Of a stretch of 64,000 nt of DNA, positions 12,854-28,300 are shown one piece after another (within the stretch, counting starts at the first letter, position 1; every line of letters starts with the position of its first letter). The position numbers and the translations under genes are program-made. Origin of the DNA: Blasia pusilla (taxonomy: Eukaryota); NCBI GenBank assembly GCA_050084515.1, contig CM114271.1:5456001-5520000 (forward strand), written 5' to 3'. The notes under the pieces were generated by a model. It was not told the DNA's origin. It searched no databases and was given only the letters and a program-made list of their open reading frames with translations.

Positions 12854-13372
12854 CATCACGGGTGTAATACAAGCCCGTGATTCCCTACTATAGGTTCCTC
12901 CAACATTACCTTACTAGTACATGACAAGAATAAGCACAAGGATGGGGTTTAATTTATTCTAGCATCACGGGTGTAATACAAGCCCGTGATTCGTTTTCAA
13001 TTAAGGGTCCCTACTATAAGGCTCCTCAAAATTACCTTACTATTAGACGACAAGAAAAAGCACAAGGAGGGGGGGTTTAAGAGAAGGGCTAAACCTATTC
13101 TAACATGCATCACGGGTGTAATACAAGCCCGTGATTCATTTTCAATTAAGGGTCCCTACTATAAGGTTCCTCAAAAATTACCTTACTATTACACGACAAG
13201 AAAAAGCACAAGGAGGGGGGGTTTAAGAGAAGGGCTAATATTCTAACATGCATAACAGGTGTAATACAAGCTCGTGATTCATTTTCAATTAAGGGTCGCT
13301 ACTATAGGGTTCCTCAAAATTACCTTACTATTACACGACAAGAAAAAGCGCAAGGAGGGGTTTAAGAGAAGG
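12854..13372. repeat. Tandem repeat, ~144-bp unit, 4 copies, each with a hairpin
   Basis: CATCACGGGTGTAATACAAGCCCGTGATTC starts at 12854, 12963, 13108 and 13251 (last copy degenerate). The first unit is shorter (109 bp). Confidence 0.9.
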
Positions 13373-13399
13373 CCGTCTTAGGGCAAGATCTCATGCATC

Positions 13400-16300
13400 C
13401 CGATCGTTGTAGAAGGTTGCCAATTTTTGTGGGGCCAAAACTTTTGGGCATAAAAATGGTATAACGTGAAGTAGTTAGGTATTAGTGATTGGTTTGTTTT
13501 GTTAAAATGTTGATTGGAAAAAAAATTTGGACACAAAAATGAGGATTATCAAGACTTTTGCGCATATCCATAGGATTGCATGCTATGACATGAATACCAT
13601 GTTTGACCATAACGATTTAAATCGGATTTTGCGACTTCCTAATGTAGGTTGCTCTTCACATGGTAACCTCTTTTCTTTTTCGTTTTTTTTTCTTTCTTTC
13701 CTCAACATTTTATTTCAAGCATGTATTTTTTTTACGTTCTTTTATTTAGACATGATGGATATGACCGTAGTCATGTATTATGTGTGTTTTAAGTGTTATT
13801 TTGTGTATTGGTTGGAGAATGTTGGGATGTAAGAAACTCGGATCATTGGTTTCATTGAGGGGTCTTACATCAAGCTTAGAACTAAATCGCCATTACCATA
13901 CTTTACCGAGCATTATCAGAATTGCCCCTCTTTCTAATTTTTTCCTCTACAAGCAATATATCATACATATCTTTAATGTTAGGAGTTATGCTAGATTGTA
14001 CTATATTCCACTTGTGATGCTTCACCCTTAAGGCAATCCCACGTGTATGAATGCTTTGAATCAAAACAAGCACTTCAAGATCCAAGTATCATTCTCCCAC
14101 TAATGGAAAATGAAACAATGACAATTCCACATATGATTATTGTAGATACGGCCCATCGTACACAATTATGGTTACTAAAATGCTTCCATCCACATCTACT
14201 CCAAGGTTTGAGAGAGAGAAAGACAGAGATTACACAAAGTTCAAGACTCTCGGCCCTATGAAGGTTGAGAGCTCGTTAGACCATATTCATATTCAAATCA
14301 AATTGTCTTGAATCCAAGTATTTGGCGTGCTAGATCTTGTCTATCTTTCTCAACCTCAATGATTCTATTTTATGTTTTCTCAAACATATCCACTTATTTC
14401 TTGATTGAAATTCCAATACCGTCATCACTATCCCTAGATTTTCATTTGCCTTTTTCGATGGTTTTTTATTCGCACTAAGAAGTGAGCATGATATACTTTG
14501 TGGAGTGGTTTTTAGGGTTTCATATATATATCCGCTTGAATGGATCTATCTTATTCTTCACTTGTAGATTACTCAACCTGAAAAAAAATACTATCCTTAG
14601 AAGTAAAAATACACTAAGGTTCACATTCACTCTAAATTAAGTCCAATTTGAGATAAAAATGAGAAATAGAGCCAAATTACATATTTTCACAAATTTTGAA
14701 GGCTTTTTTATATTTGGAACTTGAGAGTCTTGGACTTGCACACACGAGTCCCGCAAAAATGTTCCTAGGTTTGTATCCTCAACGATCATCTCTATATTGA
14801 TGATGGTTTTGATGTAGTTGGAAGCTTCATAAAAACCATATATGTAAGAAAATGGCAAAAAATAACACAAATTATATCATGACCTAACCACATTGAAAAT
14901 TATATAAATTGATTTTTCAGATTTCTAATGTTTCAAATAAAATATAAATCATATCAAATATGAAATCATGAGAATAGACCTAGAAATATGTACTAGTAGA
15001 GATTTGAGTACAAATGCGCCTTCATTACGAGTCCAATGTTTTCCTAAAGCTACTATTGCGAGTCTATTGCAATTTCCAATTTGTGAGTCCACTTTGTGCA
15101 ACTCCATTGAGGCTCTATGTAGCTTTGTGAGTCGCTGATGGTTTTCCAATTCAAAAAACCCTCCTATCGTTGCAATTATAGTGACTCGCAACTTACCAGT
15201 CTCCGAACGTGCAAGTAGACTTTTATGAGTCTCAAATCTAAAACCTTGGCTAGAATTCTCCTTTCCACCTCCTAACCGTTCCATTCCTCCTACTTCACTA
15301 AGACTCCTCTCCTCAATCTCTGACTAGTTATTTTCAAAAGTGGATCCAAGTTTTGAGTTTTTGTGGGTAATTTTTCTTTTACTTATTTAAGGATGAATGA
15401 AGTTCATAGTACTTATTTATGACTACTTAGACTCATAAGCATGTGCAAAGCTATGAATCTTTTGCTAGTTCCAAGCAAGCATTTTTTGACTAATCCCAAA
15501 TTTTGAATTGATTACAAGAGCAAGATTTGCAAAGATGCGAGTCCTATGCAAGTATATTGAAGCTCTTGAAATTTTCAAACTTGTTAAAAATACAGTAGTG
15601 ATTCTTATTATGAACTCCAAATTGATAAAATATGCCTAATATTGCACTCAAAATCCTCTTTTCTTCTCTCCTCGTCTCCTTTGGTGCAAATGATTTCTTG
15701 AGAGCTCTCTAACTTATCATAAAACAAGCCACCACAAATTTGGAGTTTGCATCTGCAATTCCATCCACTCTAGACCCACTCCACCATGTCTATCAACATG
15801 GAGGCACAATCAATGAGTAATATTTGGAGAAAACAAAGTGATATGATCTTGTTACACAACACCTTGCAAGTTTTCCAACACGGTGGCGTTCTCACTCTTA
15901 TCATTTCCTTATTGCACAATTATCTTCTATCCATGTAAGTTGGGCCAGAGGTGCCAAAACCAATGCCAAATCCTGAAAGGAGAGATCTAACTTCACTAAC
16001 ACCATGAACAATATCGAATGAATAGTTAAATGAATATGACTATTAGCTAGAGTGCTTGTAACAATGGCTTCTCCTAGAGTTTGAGTCCATCATAGAAGCC
16101 CTTTGGAGATGGAGATCCATTGTCTATAATATGAAATTGAAAGTAGTCAAGGATAATTTATTTCTTGAGTGGAGAAGATAAACATACTTGGTGAGGATAA
16201 TGTCAAATCTTTCAAGCATAACTCCTATGCATCTTAATATATAGCGGGGTAAATCAATATCATTCATTAGGATAAATATTTAGTCTGCTTCCTTGCTGCC

Positions 16301-19300
16301 ATCCCCACCGCTATTCCTTGCAACAATCTCCCTTTTATCATGAATCACCAAATCCTTATGGTTTTTACTAAAGGGTTTCTAAAAGATACTTGCAATTAAT
16401 TTTATGGTAAAAAAAATCATCAAAATGATCCGTGGTACTCCATTTAGGGATATGGTTGCTAGACCTAACCATCATTCTAAAAGAATTACTAAGGCATGTA
16501 GAACCACCATGCGAGAAGTTGTATGCCTTATGACATTTGAACTTCTAATTCAAGAGGTGCTTATTCTATAGTCACATGCAAGATATCTATGAGGTGTTTG
16601 GTGATTGTAATCAATATATCTCTAATTATAAAGTCAAAATAAATCATATCCCTCTGCCTCCTTCCTTACAAGTTGTACGTGTAAGTTTTCCAAATTAAAC
16701 TTCATAATTCTTTTGAACTATCTAATATGAATTGGGGATAAAGAAAATACCGCTTTTGATAGAATAAATAAACTTCATAAGAGGATGTAGACTAGGAAAG
16801 TTGAAAGTAATCCAAAAGGGAAGGAGATGAGAATTACAAAAAGAAGTTATTCATAGAATCATACAATCGAGCTTGTAGCCAACAAGCTCGATACCAAGCT
16901 ACAAACATTAAAGGATTAACATTAAAGCTCGATACATTAAAGACTTGTGTAGCCAACAAGCTCGATACCAAGGTACAAGCTCGATTGTATGATCTACGTC
17001 GTAAATTTCTTGATTAAAGCTAATTTGATGATTCTTTTAACATTGTGCTCTCAAAGAATGCATGTTTTGAAGAAAATAGAAAAGGATACGTGTAAGTACC
17101 AAAACACTTACACTAAAAAATATATTATATTATTCGTCATATCTCCGAACATAACTTCTTTATTCTTGTTGTTACATCAATTGCAAATTTTTGCGGAGGG
17201 AGCTCGTAAAAAATTTTAAAGATGTGGAATTTTTTTATATATGCCCAAACTCAAAATATTTTTTATACTTTAATACAATGATATTTGGACTTATAGGTCA
17301 TAAAGTTAAATGTGTATACAAGTCAATATTTATGATAAGATGATAGCCTTTGTGTGGATATATTCTAGGGCAAACAATAACTCTCTCTCCTTGATTCTTA
17401 CATGTATTTGTGGTCCTTAAGAATTAAAACATATCTTTTGGCATCAATCCATCTTGATCAGGCTTAGCTCCATCTAATGAAGCGATTAACCACTCTCTGG
17501 TGTCATAACATTTCATCAAGATTTCGTACCCATCTTGAATATCTTCTCAATCCCTACAATTAACGTATAATTTTCCCATCCTCATGATTAGTATCTTATG
17601 TTATCTCATCTCATGGCATGTGTATCACTATGATCTCTCTATTGTCGCAACTATCTCAATATAGATTTTTCCTCCATATTGATCCCATAATTATTCCTTA
17701 AAATAAGAATCGTGGCAAATTTTGGAGACATTCATTCGCATATATATCTAAGATTTAGTTCTTCACACAATATTCAATGTTTTGGTCACAACATTTCTTA
17801 AATTTTATTTTTTATAGTTTGTATCATCTTCTTTTATCCCTTAGGCCATATCTTTCTTATCCTAATTACAAGATGTATAAATATTAATTATGTAATATCC
17901 CAAAATAAGATATATTCACCTCAATTTCTATTTTAGGTAAATGGAGCTTTTTTTTGTTACATAGCGTCGTTAGTTGTAGTTGAATTTGAAGGCAAAAGCT
18001 CATAATTTCACTCTTGTCAATATCTGAAGTAATCATGTGGTCATGATACATGATCCAACCACATATACTTATTGATTTGTTCTTAATTATATATATAGTT
18101 GACCCATTCCTTGCACTAGTGTTACTTTTCTGTTATGCTTCTCTTTGTCTTGCATTGTCAATATTTTTTGTTTAGTTTTTTGTTTCTTTTATTGTCCCTA
18201 TCACACATCTTTGTTGTTTACTTATCTCATTGCATTTATCTGTATATTCATATGTCCTCGCATATAGGCCCATTTGCTAGTATACAAGAATATTTATGTA
18301 TGTCATTTGGATGAAATCTTAGTTCTTGTTGTTTGCAATTGTAATTTCTTGCTATTTTTCGCTTTCTCAACCTCCACTTCATGGCCATGCATCACTTCCC
18401 TTTGTCTTGTATTTCTATCCATGCAATCTATCTATATGTTATTTTCCGAATGTTAATTATTTTGTCTCGTGAATTCCATATATTGTTATGTCGGTTGGTT
18501 CTTCAATCATTACTATCTATCCACATGTCATTTCCCAAATCTCAATCTATTTTATCCCTTTTATACATTCATTTTTTCGTATCAATATGTTAGTTTGTTT
18601 AGTCCATTCAACCCTTCAGCAATTTGTATCATCAATATTATCTATCCTCTAGATTTCTTTCTTTTGAAAATATGATAAGAAAATTTTTTTATTCAAATTT
18701 TGCCATTTGGGTCATATTTTTGGCTGTAATTTGGGATAAATATTCATGTTATTAATAAGATTTATCAAAAGAAATCATCATGGGAGTGTAAGACCATTAA
18801 GCTCTCAAAGAGTTCAAAGATCCCTTTTCTACTCATTTGATTATGTAGAATATATCATAAGAGTAAACAATTATTGGGCTATACGTAGTTGCTTCTTGTC
18901 CACATCACAAGATTTCTTTTTAAAAAAGAGAAACGAACTTTCAAGATTGGACATGGTCTTATAAGATATGTTGTACTTAAGTTCTCTTTTGGAATTAATG
19001 TTATATTTTCAAATGTTTCCTTAAAACTATGATGTTTTATGGAGGTTGCATGATTTCTTTCAAAATATAGAGTTTTTAGTGAATCCATGTAAGTGATTTC
19101 CAAGGGAGGATTGGATTTGATATTTATAGCTCTTGAGTAGGGTTTATTTTTATTTTTTATAACTTTGTTTGGATTGAATCCATGATAAAATATCAAAAAG
19201 CATTCCAATTTTTAAATTATTACGGAAAGGCATTGTCTTGATTTCTAAATAAATCTTTGATCGACACACGGGAGTGGTACAACAAGAAAATATTTTAATA

Positions 19301-22300
19301 ATATGGGTAAAAAAGTTTTTAATTATGATGAGTTCATATGCATAGTACAAGTTACCCATTGGTTATTTTTAATAAGGCGTCTCAAATTGGAATTGCAAGT
19401 TTATTTTGCTTACTAGATAGGAACATCTTGTACAATGGGTTGTCTAATGTGGAGTGTTTCATGCAAAATGACTTTCTTTCTTGATTAAGTTCTGCAAGAA
19501 GGCCTCAAATCATATATCCCTTAGTGTTAAAATCTAAAATGCTTTAAATTCCTTAATGGCTAATCTATGTGACATGTTGGAATATATTCCAATTGCACTT
19601 TGATATATGTGCAATAAACTCTATATTAATTTTTTAAAACCACAAGATAAAACAACATGGTCATCATTAAGGAGTGGTGAATCTTTTGTTTTTTTATAGG
19701 ATCCTTTGTATAGTGTGTTGTCCCATTTTCTAACCCTTCATACTTTTTACAGCTTGCAATGAGCAGGGTAAATTTTACTCATGAAAAAATGAAAAAAATA
19801 TGTTTAAATTAGATTTTGGAGGGAAATTAATAAATGCATTTCTTAAAGGGGATTTAAGAAATTTATTTCGAGAAAGGAGGTTTTTTGTGTGGATTCTAGA
19901 GGAGATGGGGGTAAATTACCATATACTAGCCCTAAGTCAGGATACTCCAACCCTAAAAGTCCAATTGCGTGGCTCTAGCATCTTGGGAATTATGGAAGAA
20001 ATATAATATTTGACAACCCAAAACTATAGAAGAGATTTATAAAGTGAGACATCGCAAGATGATCTATGTCTTGGATGCAAGAGTTCTACAACATTCTCAA
20101 TCGCGGAAGAAATCAAGATGTGATGACTCAAAAATATAGATAGGATTCTATTAAGACTCACTTCGCAAATTTATATGCGTCACGGTTGCAAGATTCATAA
20201 AATGTCCTCACAATTGTAGAAACACATTTCACCTAATTAAAATCAAAATGATTGTTGAAAGATAGTATTACCCATCAAAATTGCAAAGAAATTATTAGTT
20301 ATCTCGCCTAAACCGCCACGAAAGCACTTGTGGGCAATTGGGGAATCCCAACCAAGGCTTAGACATATTTTTAGGATTTACTAATTATTTCTCAGCCCCT
20401 CAATTTTCGATAGATTTTCTCCATTCTTCCCTCAATATTTCTTACATTTCCAAATTTCAGTTGGAATTTTATTTAGTAACTTAATAAAGTTACTGCTAAA
20501 TTTGTTTTCCTCTCACTTAATTTGGATTCATGGTTTTTCCCCAGTTTCTTTTTTGTTGTATTTTGGACTTGTCATTTTTTCGTTCTTTTTTTCATTTATA
20601 AAAATCTCTTGTAGGATTTGAACATAAAAAATCCCACCGTAGGGGACCATATGTGCTAATCACCTTTCATACAAAGGCCAATGATTTTGTACAAAATTTT
20701 TCACTGGATATAAATAGATAATAACAATTATTAAGGATATAATAATAATAAGTGAAGAGCTAACATGAGTCTAAGAGGAAGACTCATTTAAGAATATGTT
20801 TATTTGCTATATTTTTGCTTTCGGATGGCATGATCATATGATCTAAAGAAGAAGAAAAATACAACTCAGGTCGATCACTTCCACATATCTATCACTTCGA
20901 TTAAAACATCATCACACTTACTTTTCTTAGAATATTGTTCTATGATAACTGTTACAAGGGATCTAAATGGTTAGAACCCAAAACATTCCCGAGCCTTGTT
21001 TTAATCACAATGTGAATACTAAAGTCCCTTTCATTAATAGTTCCATTCACATATGCACTTTTGCTATGTTAGTTGTTATGAGCAAATTAGTATATCTTAC
21101 ACTCAAAGAAGGACTCCAACAAATCATGCGCCATAAATCCTTGAAGGATGCATCTTTCCATTTTATGGTAGCTGGGATCTTGAAGACCAAAAACTCATTC
21201 TCAATGTTTACATTGGCCAAATAAGCCGTTTTGAACCATCCATATGAAGGCTTACTATCTTTATAAAAAATTACTAAATTTTCTATGTCTCTCACACCCC
21301 AATATTTCAAACCATCCATATATTATGAAAAATGAAAGGGATTGAAGATCTTCTTTCTTCCAACCAAACCATTATCCTTAATTCTTTCTCATGATGCAAA
21401 CACATATAGCATTGGTAAAATTCCTTAGAAGATTGCATCTTCTAGATAATTACGTGATACTTATCTATATTTTCATTTCCATTTGGATGGAATGGACGAT
21501 ACAGCCCTTTATTTTGAAATGAAGAACGCTTAAAACATCCATTGACACGCCCGTAATTTGGTATCACATGGAAACCATTGTATGTGGGTATGCATGTTAC
21601 ACTCTTATGAATGTAATTCATTTCAACATGTGCAATCTCGATGTTAATAATGGAAGGCATGATTGTAATATTTACAAGTTTTGGCTCAAATATTTTGCTC
21701 AATATAGCCATATAATTCGAATGCTCTATATAAGAGAAAAAAAAATGAAGGACAAAAAGATACTTTTGAATAATCTCAATAATAATAATAATGAAGATGT
21801 TGCGATGGGATCACTATCATCCTTGGGATCAGTACCTTGGATCTATCATCATCCTCGGGATCAATCCTTTGAAAACTAATACATACTCTAAACTATCTCA
21901 CAAAACTCTTATATGGTTTGCCCACCACTAAACCACCAAATCTTATGGTAATGTTTCATACACTCCCAAGAATCACTCTCGAGGGTCTCACTTTTGACAC
22001 ATCACATATGACAAAGTATAGGGTTTTTTAATTAGACTTTGGTGAATACTCATAAAGTCTTGTGGAAGGAGTTAAGGGTATTTTTTATTTACCACAACAC
22101 TTATAAGAAAAAGAGGGCAATATTAATTTTTCGGATGTACACGGAAGATGTCCAAGAAAGTAAGGGGTTTTTTTGGGTTTTAAATGTTGGGTACATATAT
22201 CAACCATTTATTGGTCCACGTGTAAACTCTACACGACTTTTAGAGCTAGTTAAATAAATGACATGGATTTATTAATTAATTTTGAATTTTAAATGAATAT

Positions 22301-25300
22301 CTAACCTAATGTGAGTACATTGGTGGGAGAGTCAGGCCCGCGTGTGAGAGGGGAAGGAATGCAACTCGGTGGTGGAGGAATGCTAATCGGAGTATGCGTG
22401 CAATTCAACAAGCCGCTGCCGCCACATTCGAGTTGTTGTCGCTCCACATTCTAGATATTGTTTTCAAATGTGTGTGCGGGATCTATAGTCGCAAGGGTAT
22501 GACATACGAGTGCTCGAGTAGCCACGAGCATATAAGTGGAAGCTACAAAGATGAGAGTGGAGCTATGGAGCGTTAAAGCGTGGCAAGAGCGCTCTAACTA
22601 CCAATAATGCATAAGTAGAACTTCAATCAAAGGTGAGGATTTGGTTGAGGACGCTGATAACAATCCATCCATAGAAACAGAAACATTGGGACATGAGATA
22701 AGGCATATATTCAGTTCAATTCTGCAGGAGTGCAAATAGAGTTCCTTGCCGAGTTATGCCTATTGTGACATTTGAGGGCAGAGTATACTTCAAGACTACT
22801 TTGGTGAGTGATTGGGCATGCAATCCTTTCATTTCTAAAGATAGGCTAACACGTATGTCATAGAAAATATATTACACTATAGACAAGCTAAAAGGACCAA
22901 CTAATCCAGATTGCCCAACTTATTATGTTGACATTGGAAGTGATATAACTGTTTTTTTAATCTATTGCACAAGTTGACCCTTTTATCAGATCAAGCAAGT
23001 CAAAGAAGAAAAAACAAAAAGAGATGGATAAGAATACAGTAGTTCCTACAAAGGAGTTTTGTTTAGGTTGCATTCTATTCATCAAATAGAAATATGGTAG
23101 TCAATGGGGTAGATGTAGATCTCCTATTGATCTTTTGGACCGGCTTGTCCCAAAAGATAGGAAAATAGGTAGTGTCTGTTGCATATTGTGCAATTGATAT
23201 CGGCACTCAGGTAAGAGCAACACCTTGTTCACATATGATACATGTGATGGCCAATATATTGATATTGAAATGGCGATTTCTAATTTGAGATTGTCCATGA
23301 AGCCAAGTCTTACATCTAGGATATATGAATTAGATAACGGTGATTTACAAGTGGTCAATGATTACATATGTAGTGTGATATCTTTTGCCAAGTGATGTGC
23401 ATATTTGAGTGTGAAGTCATTTTTTGAGATTATGATAGGCTAGTTTTGGGAGGGGATAGATTGGGGGGATGCCGGGTTTGGCCCAATGAGCATCTTGCTC
23501 ATTGTGAGGTTCAATTCCTCTCTGTCATAAGTTCCAAAGTTACTATGTTTGGCAATGGCGGTGGGTATGGCTGATCGTAAAGGTTATTAACAAGTCCAAC
23601 AACATAAGACTGCCACATGAAGGTATACGTATCTTTACTTTCAAGCCCCTAAACAAATCAAGGACAAAAATTTACTTAACAAAATATAAGGGTCGTAATT
23701 TTTTAAAATTGGAAGATTTGAAGTAAGTAAGGGGGAGGAAAAAAATGTCACTTATAAGTTAGGGGTTTCGGACCCTAAAATGTCGTAGGTGATGTAGGAG
23801 GTATACACAAAATGTCCCCCCCCCCCTTGAGGAATCATTCAACTTAAGTTCAATATATGACTTTGTAATAAACTTTAATATCCGACTATGTTTTTTATTA
23901 AAGTTAACTTGAAGGATTCAAAAGGATTAAGACTACGAGTATTTATTGCATTCATAAGAGAATTTACAACTCCTCTTTAAAATAAGATGAAATTGGATTA
24001 AAGAAGTTCCACATGATTACTAATTTCCTTACTTTTAGGAATTGTAGCTACAATAAGGATAGCTTGACACGACCTTCACAACAAAAAGGTATGTCAACCT
24101 ATATCATGGAAAACCCTAGTGGGCATATACTAGGTTGTAAACAAGTTTGATTCTTATTACCAAGGTATAAGTAATAAAAGCTAGAGGCAAGCCATGATGG
24201 ATGTTTTGAATGATAATGGTTGGGATTAAAAAAACTATGACCAAAAGCATATAAGAACTTAAGAAATGCTAAAGTCCCACAAGAGCTAGATTCTAAGCAG
24301 GCTAAAAGTTAGCTTGAAAGTTGGTTGAGCGTTTGGTGGCTTTCCACATTTGAAGGCATAGTAGCTCGATCCAAGATGAATTTGGAATGAACAACGATGG
24401 AGTTGGAAAGGTCATAAGAAGTTGATCCAACATATCCAGGATCTAAATAAACGTGTGATTAAAAGTCTTGAAACAAACCTAGAACAATCAGCAGGATAGT
24501 TTAGGTTGAAGGCCAAAAGAAACGGGCCAAGAGGAATTCTTGGGATGAAGGAGGGATAAATATCTCTAGAACCATATATAAGAGAGGAATTCTCCAAGAA
24601 TTTTTGGAAGTTGAACCCTCCATTAGGAACCATGGCATCTTAATCAATGACACATCATGGATTGAAATATCACCATTGGGATTTTGACACCAAATTGGAG
24701 AGGTCATGTTTTGGACCTTCACCCAAAGGTCAGAAATTAAGTTTTTGATTAGAGAGTCATTCAAGATCTATTGGGAAGTTGGGATTACCAAACGCACTAG
24801 CGTCGTTTAAGGTTTGTAGACCTACAAGTCTACTCCAATGCTTGAATAATTATCTTACCTTTGCGAGTGATGGATTTTGCTAATAGCTAATCCCATCTAG
24901 ATCTGTTAAGCTTGCGTGGTGACCCAAAACCCAAATTCAAGAGATACAAGGCTAGTTGATCCAAATCATGGCCAATATGGATATTTTTGGATGCAAATGC
25001 ATGTCAAGAGTGTGATTTGTTGAACACAAGCTTTTATGGTGCATTAAATTGTCATTCTAGCCAAAAAGATTTTAGTTTCGAACTTGGATTGAAGAGGCTT
25101 TAGTGCATCTATGTGATAAATTTGGAAATCATCGATCTTCTTTTCCAAGGACCCTAAGTAGTAGATAAACTTAGGGTTAGTAAATTTGATCTATAATTTT
25201 TTATTTACAACACTTTTAAATAGGCTATCATAGGAATGTAAGAAGAATAAACAATACTCATGACAACAATATTGAGAAGGAAAAAATTCTGCCCAAAACT

Positions 25301-28300
25301 TTCATCAAAAGATAGAAGTTCATCGAATCATGCAAATCATAAATAAATGTAAAGTCTAACATGAAACTAGAAGCATAGATGGGCATAAATTTATGGAAGA
25401 TTTACAAAACCTAGAGCAAGGAAACCATATTACATAAGCGGATAGTAAAACAACCCTAGGAAATTGAGATGCATGATAGCAATGCAAAAGGCACACGAAG
25501 TGAGCAAGGACTTGATATAAACACCCATCAAACATTCATGCACGAAAATAAAAAAGTTATAATCCACAAAACCCAAAACTATGGAGGCTAATAAGATCCA
25601 TAAAGTTAGAGAGTTTCAAATGGAGTAGATAGCAACAAAATCACTAAAGTTGCTAAGGTTCTAAACTTTGATTGACAAAATATGAAAGAGAACTTATCAA
25701 AGCACATTTGTGTTGGTTGTGGACACCATACATGTTTGAGAAAAGTTGTGGCAAATCACCATATACATAATGGTAGTATGATTCCTGCTAAGGGGGTGAT
25801 GCAAACTTAAGTACAAAGCAAACATGCATACATTCAAGAGTGCCAACTTTGAACTTTGAAGGGAGCACAAGTAGCAAAGCACGTTTGATACAAGCACTAG
25901 AGCAGATTGGATTTGAGGTTAAGGGACTCCTCATTTGAGTTGATAACACCGAGACCCAAGACATATTTGGGATAAATTTATCCCTAAACTTATCTTCAAA
26001 GCCACTTGATTTGAATTATATGGTGTTGGAAATATTCTGAGAGGCTAGTTCTAGCCACTACTACATTTGCAAAAAATGTGCTAGTCTCAAGAGCCGCACC
26101 TTTGCAACATTATAGTCATAGTCCATTGGCATTAGACTCGCAACCTTGCAAGTCTTGCAATTGTAATTGACCTTCAAACCTAAGAATTGAACTTGAAAAT
26201 TGTAATGTACAAGAGTTTTAAATTTATATTTGTTTATTGAGTTTGATCCCCAAGAGGATCATTGTTCGGTGAAAAGAGAGTTCACAATTAAAATTCTCTT
26301 GCAATAATTGTATTTAAGTGTATATGATTTAGATTAAATGACTTATCAACGTCTTCGGATCTCTCTTAGTACCAAGATTCCTTTCCTCAATTCTCTCTAG
26401 TGGAGCTAACATCGCGCTTAGGTAGATTTCCTCTCGACATCAAGAAACCTCACAGAGATCTCAACAAGGAAGTTGGATTCTTCTACTTTCGGAACTCAAC
26501 CCGTCTCGGGAGGCTACTCTATGTCAAACAAATTTCCTACAACTCCATGTTGATTATTCCATTGATGAGAAAGGTTCACCTGATTCACTCTTCACTCTAC
26601 AAACCCAAAAAGAATACTCAGACATGAGCATCGCACATCAGAATGAAGGAATGAGTGCTTTACTATTCCATCAAGAATGAGAAAGCTTCAAAAGTGTATG
26701 GAAGCATAAGAGGGTACTACTCCCTTACTTGGACCATTTCTACAGCATGAGAACTTCGTAAGAGAATGATAGTAATAGCTACTTTCATGCTTCTTAAATA
26801 CTCTCTGAAGAAGGAGTGTTCCAAAGATTCGAAGCGTTCTTGATGAAGTTGGTGTCGCTTAAACATTTTTAACTACCTAGATCTATGGTATTCTTCTCTT
26901 TTCCTAGGATCCCTATGAATCCGCGGAGCGTAATTATACTAACTTCCTATTTGATATAAAAAGTTGCGCCTCTTCCCAGTCTAACTGTTCTAATTGTGTG
27001 CCGCTTGAAATCATTTCTAGTCTTAGCTTCGCTTCGCTGCAAAGTATGAATCTCTGAAGCTCTTCCTTTGAAGACGAAGCGCTCCATTCTTCGGTGATGT
27101 TCCACGGGATTCGTTCTTCGTGCTTCGTTCAAGAGCGAAGTACTTCATACACAAGTTCTTAACAGAGTTTCCTTGACTTTTCCAAGCTTCGCGCGGGGTC
27201 TTTAGACTTCATTACTGCATTCTCCTCTCCTCTAAGGCAAATCCTTGATTTTTCCACCTCTCTGCCTTGTCCTTGGAGCTTCGTGATTCACTTCAATCTC
27301 ACTCATTCTTCTACTACGTAACCATAATATCAGAATCATAGTGTATATACAAGTCTTCTTTAAATAAAAATATGTAAATCTTCAAAAGTACAAAATTGTG
27401 GGTATCACAAAATTTTTGAACATAACATGGCTTGAACAATTCCGTTTCCTTATACTCACAAGACACAAAACGCTTGCAAGGTGCTCATAAGTGATTTTTA
27501 ACTTTTCTCCAGCTTCATGAGTTATTTACAAGTCATCACGAGTATGAGTAGTTGCAAATAAGTAAAAAAATAATCATAAAAGGGTCAAAATAAGTCTCAA
27601 AATAACGAGTCCAAGTAGTGCTTTTTTGCACTAAAAAAGTAGTGGTTTTTTACTCGCAAAATAGTAGTTTAGTGCAATCACTCAGTAGCTATTTTAGGCT
27701 TCTCTTTTGGTTAGTTTAGAATCATTTCTAGGTCTATATTATACTTTTGTAGGAGATTTGGCTCTTTCCAATTTTTTCTTAGGGATACCTTTGTTTTGTT
27801 TTTTTTCCTCCTTCATTTCTTATAGTTTAGAACCAATAATTTTTAAAAAAATGTAATACAATGAACTTTACCCATTTACATATCCTTCAATAAAAAATAA
27901 ATCCTTACCAAAAAATCCTCAAGACTTAACTCCATTATAGAAAGAAACTAGTCGCAAAGTGTGGAGAGGAAACCTGAAAATGGAGTAGTTTGGAGGTGAA
28001 AGGTGAATTTATTGCCAAGGTTTTGCTCTTTGCAAGTCCTTTGATGAGTTCATTTGCAAGTGCGTTTGCACTCATTTTCAATACCAAAAATTCACACTTT
28101 TTGAGTCATCTACAAGGCACACTTGCAAATCTCAAGACAAGATGCTTGTAAGTCTTTTGCGTCTTGTGGGACTCGTCAATGCGCGAGGCATGTAACTTAT
28201 TCAAAATTGACTAGCAAAGTTTGGAATAGTCGGAAACTAGAGTTGAGTGACATAGGACTTGCAAATGGCTTGCATAAATTGGACTTGAAAATTATTCATG

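Noticed and set aside
12854-13372. CRISPR-like array of palindromic repeats
   Set aside because: The sequence between palindromes is itself repeated (no unique spacers), there are no cas genes, and the context is eukaryotic.
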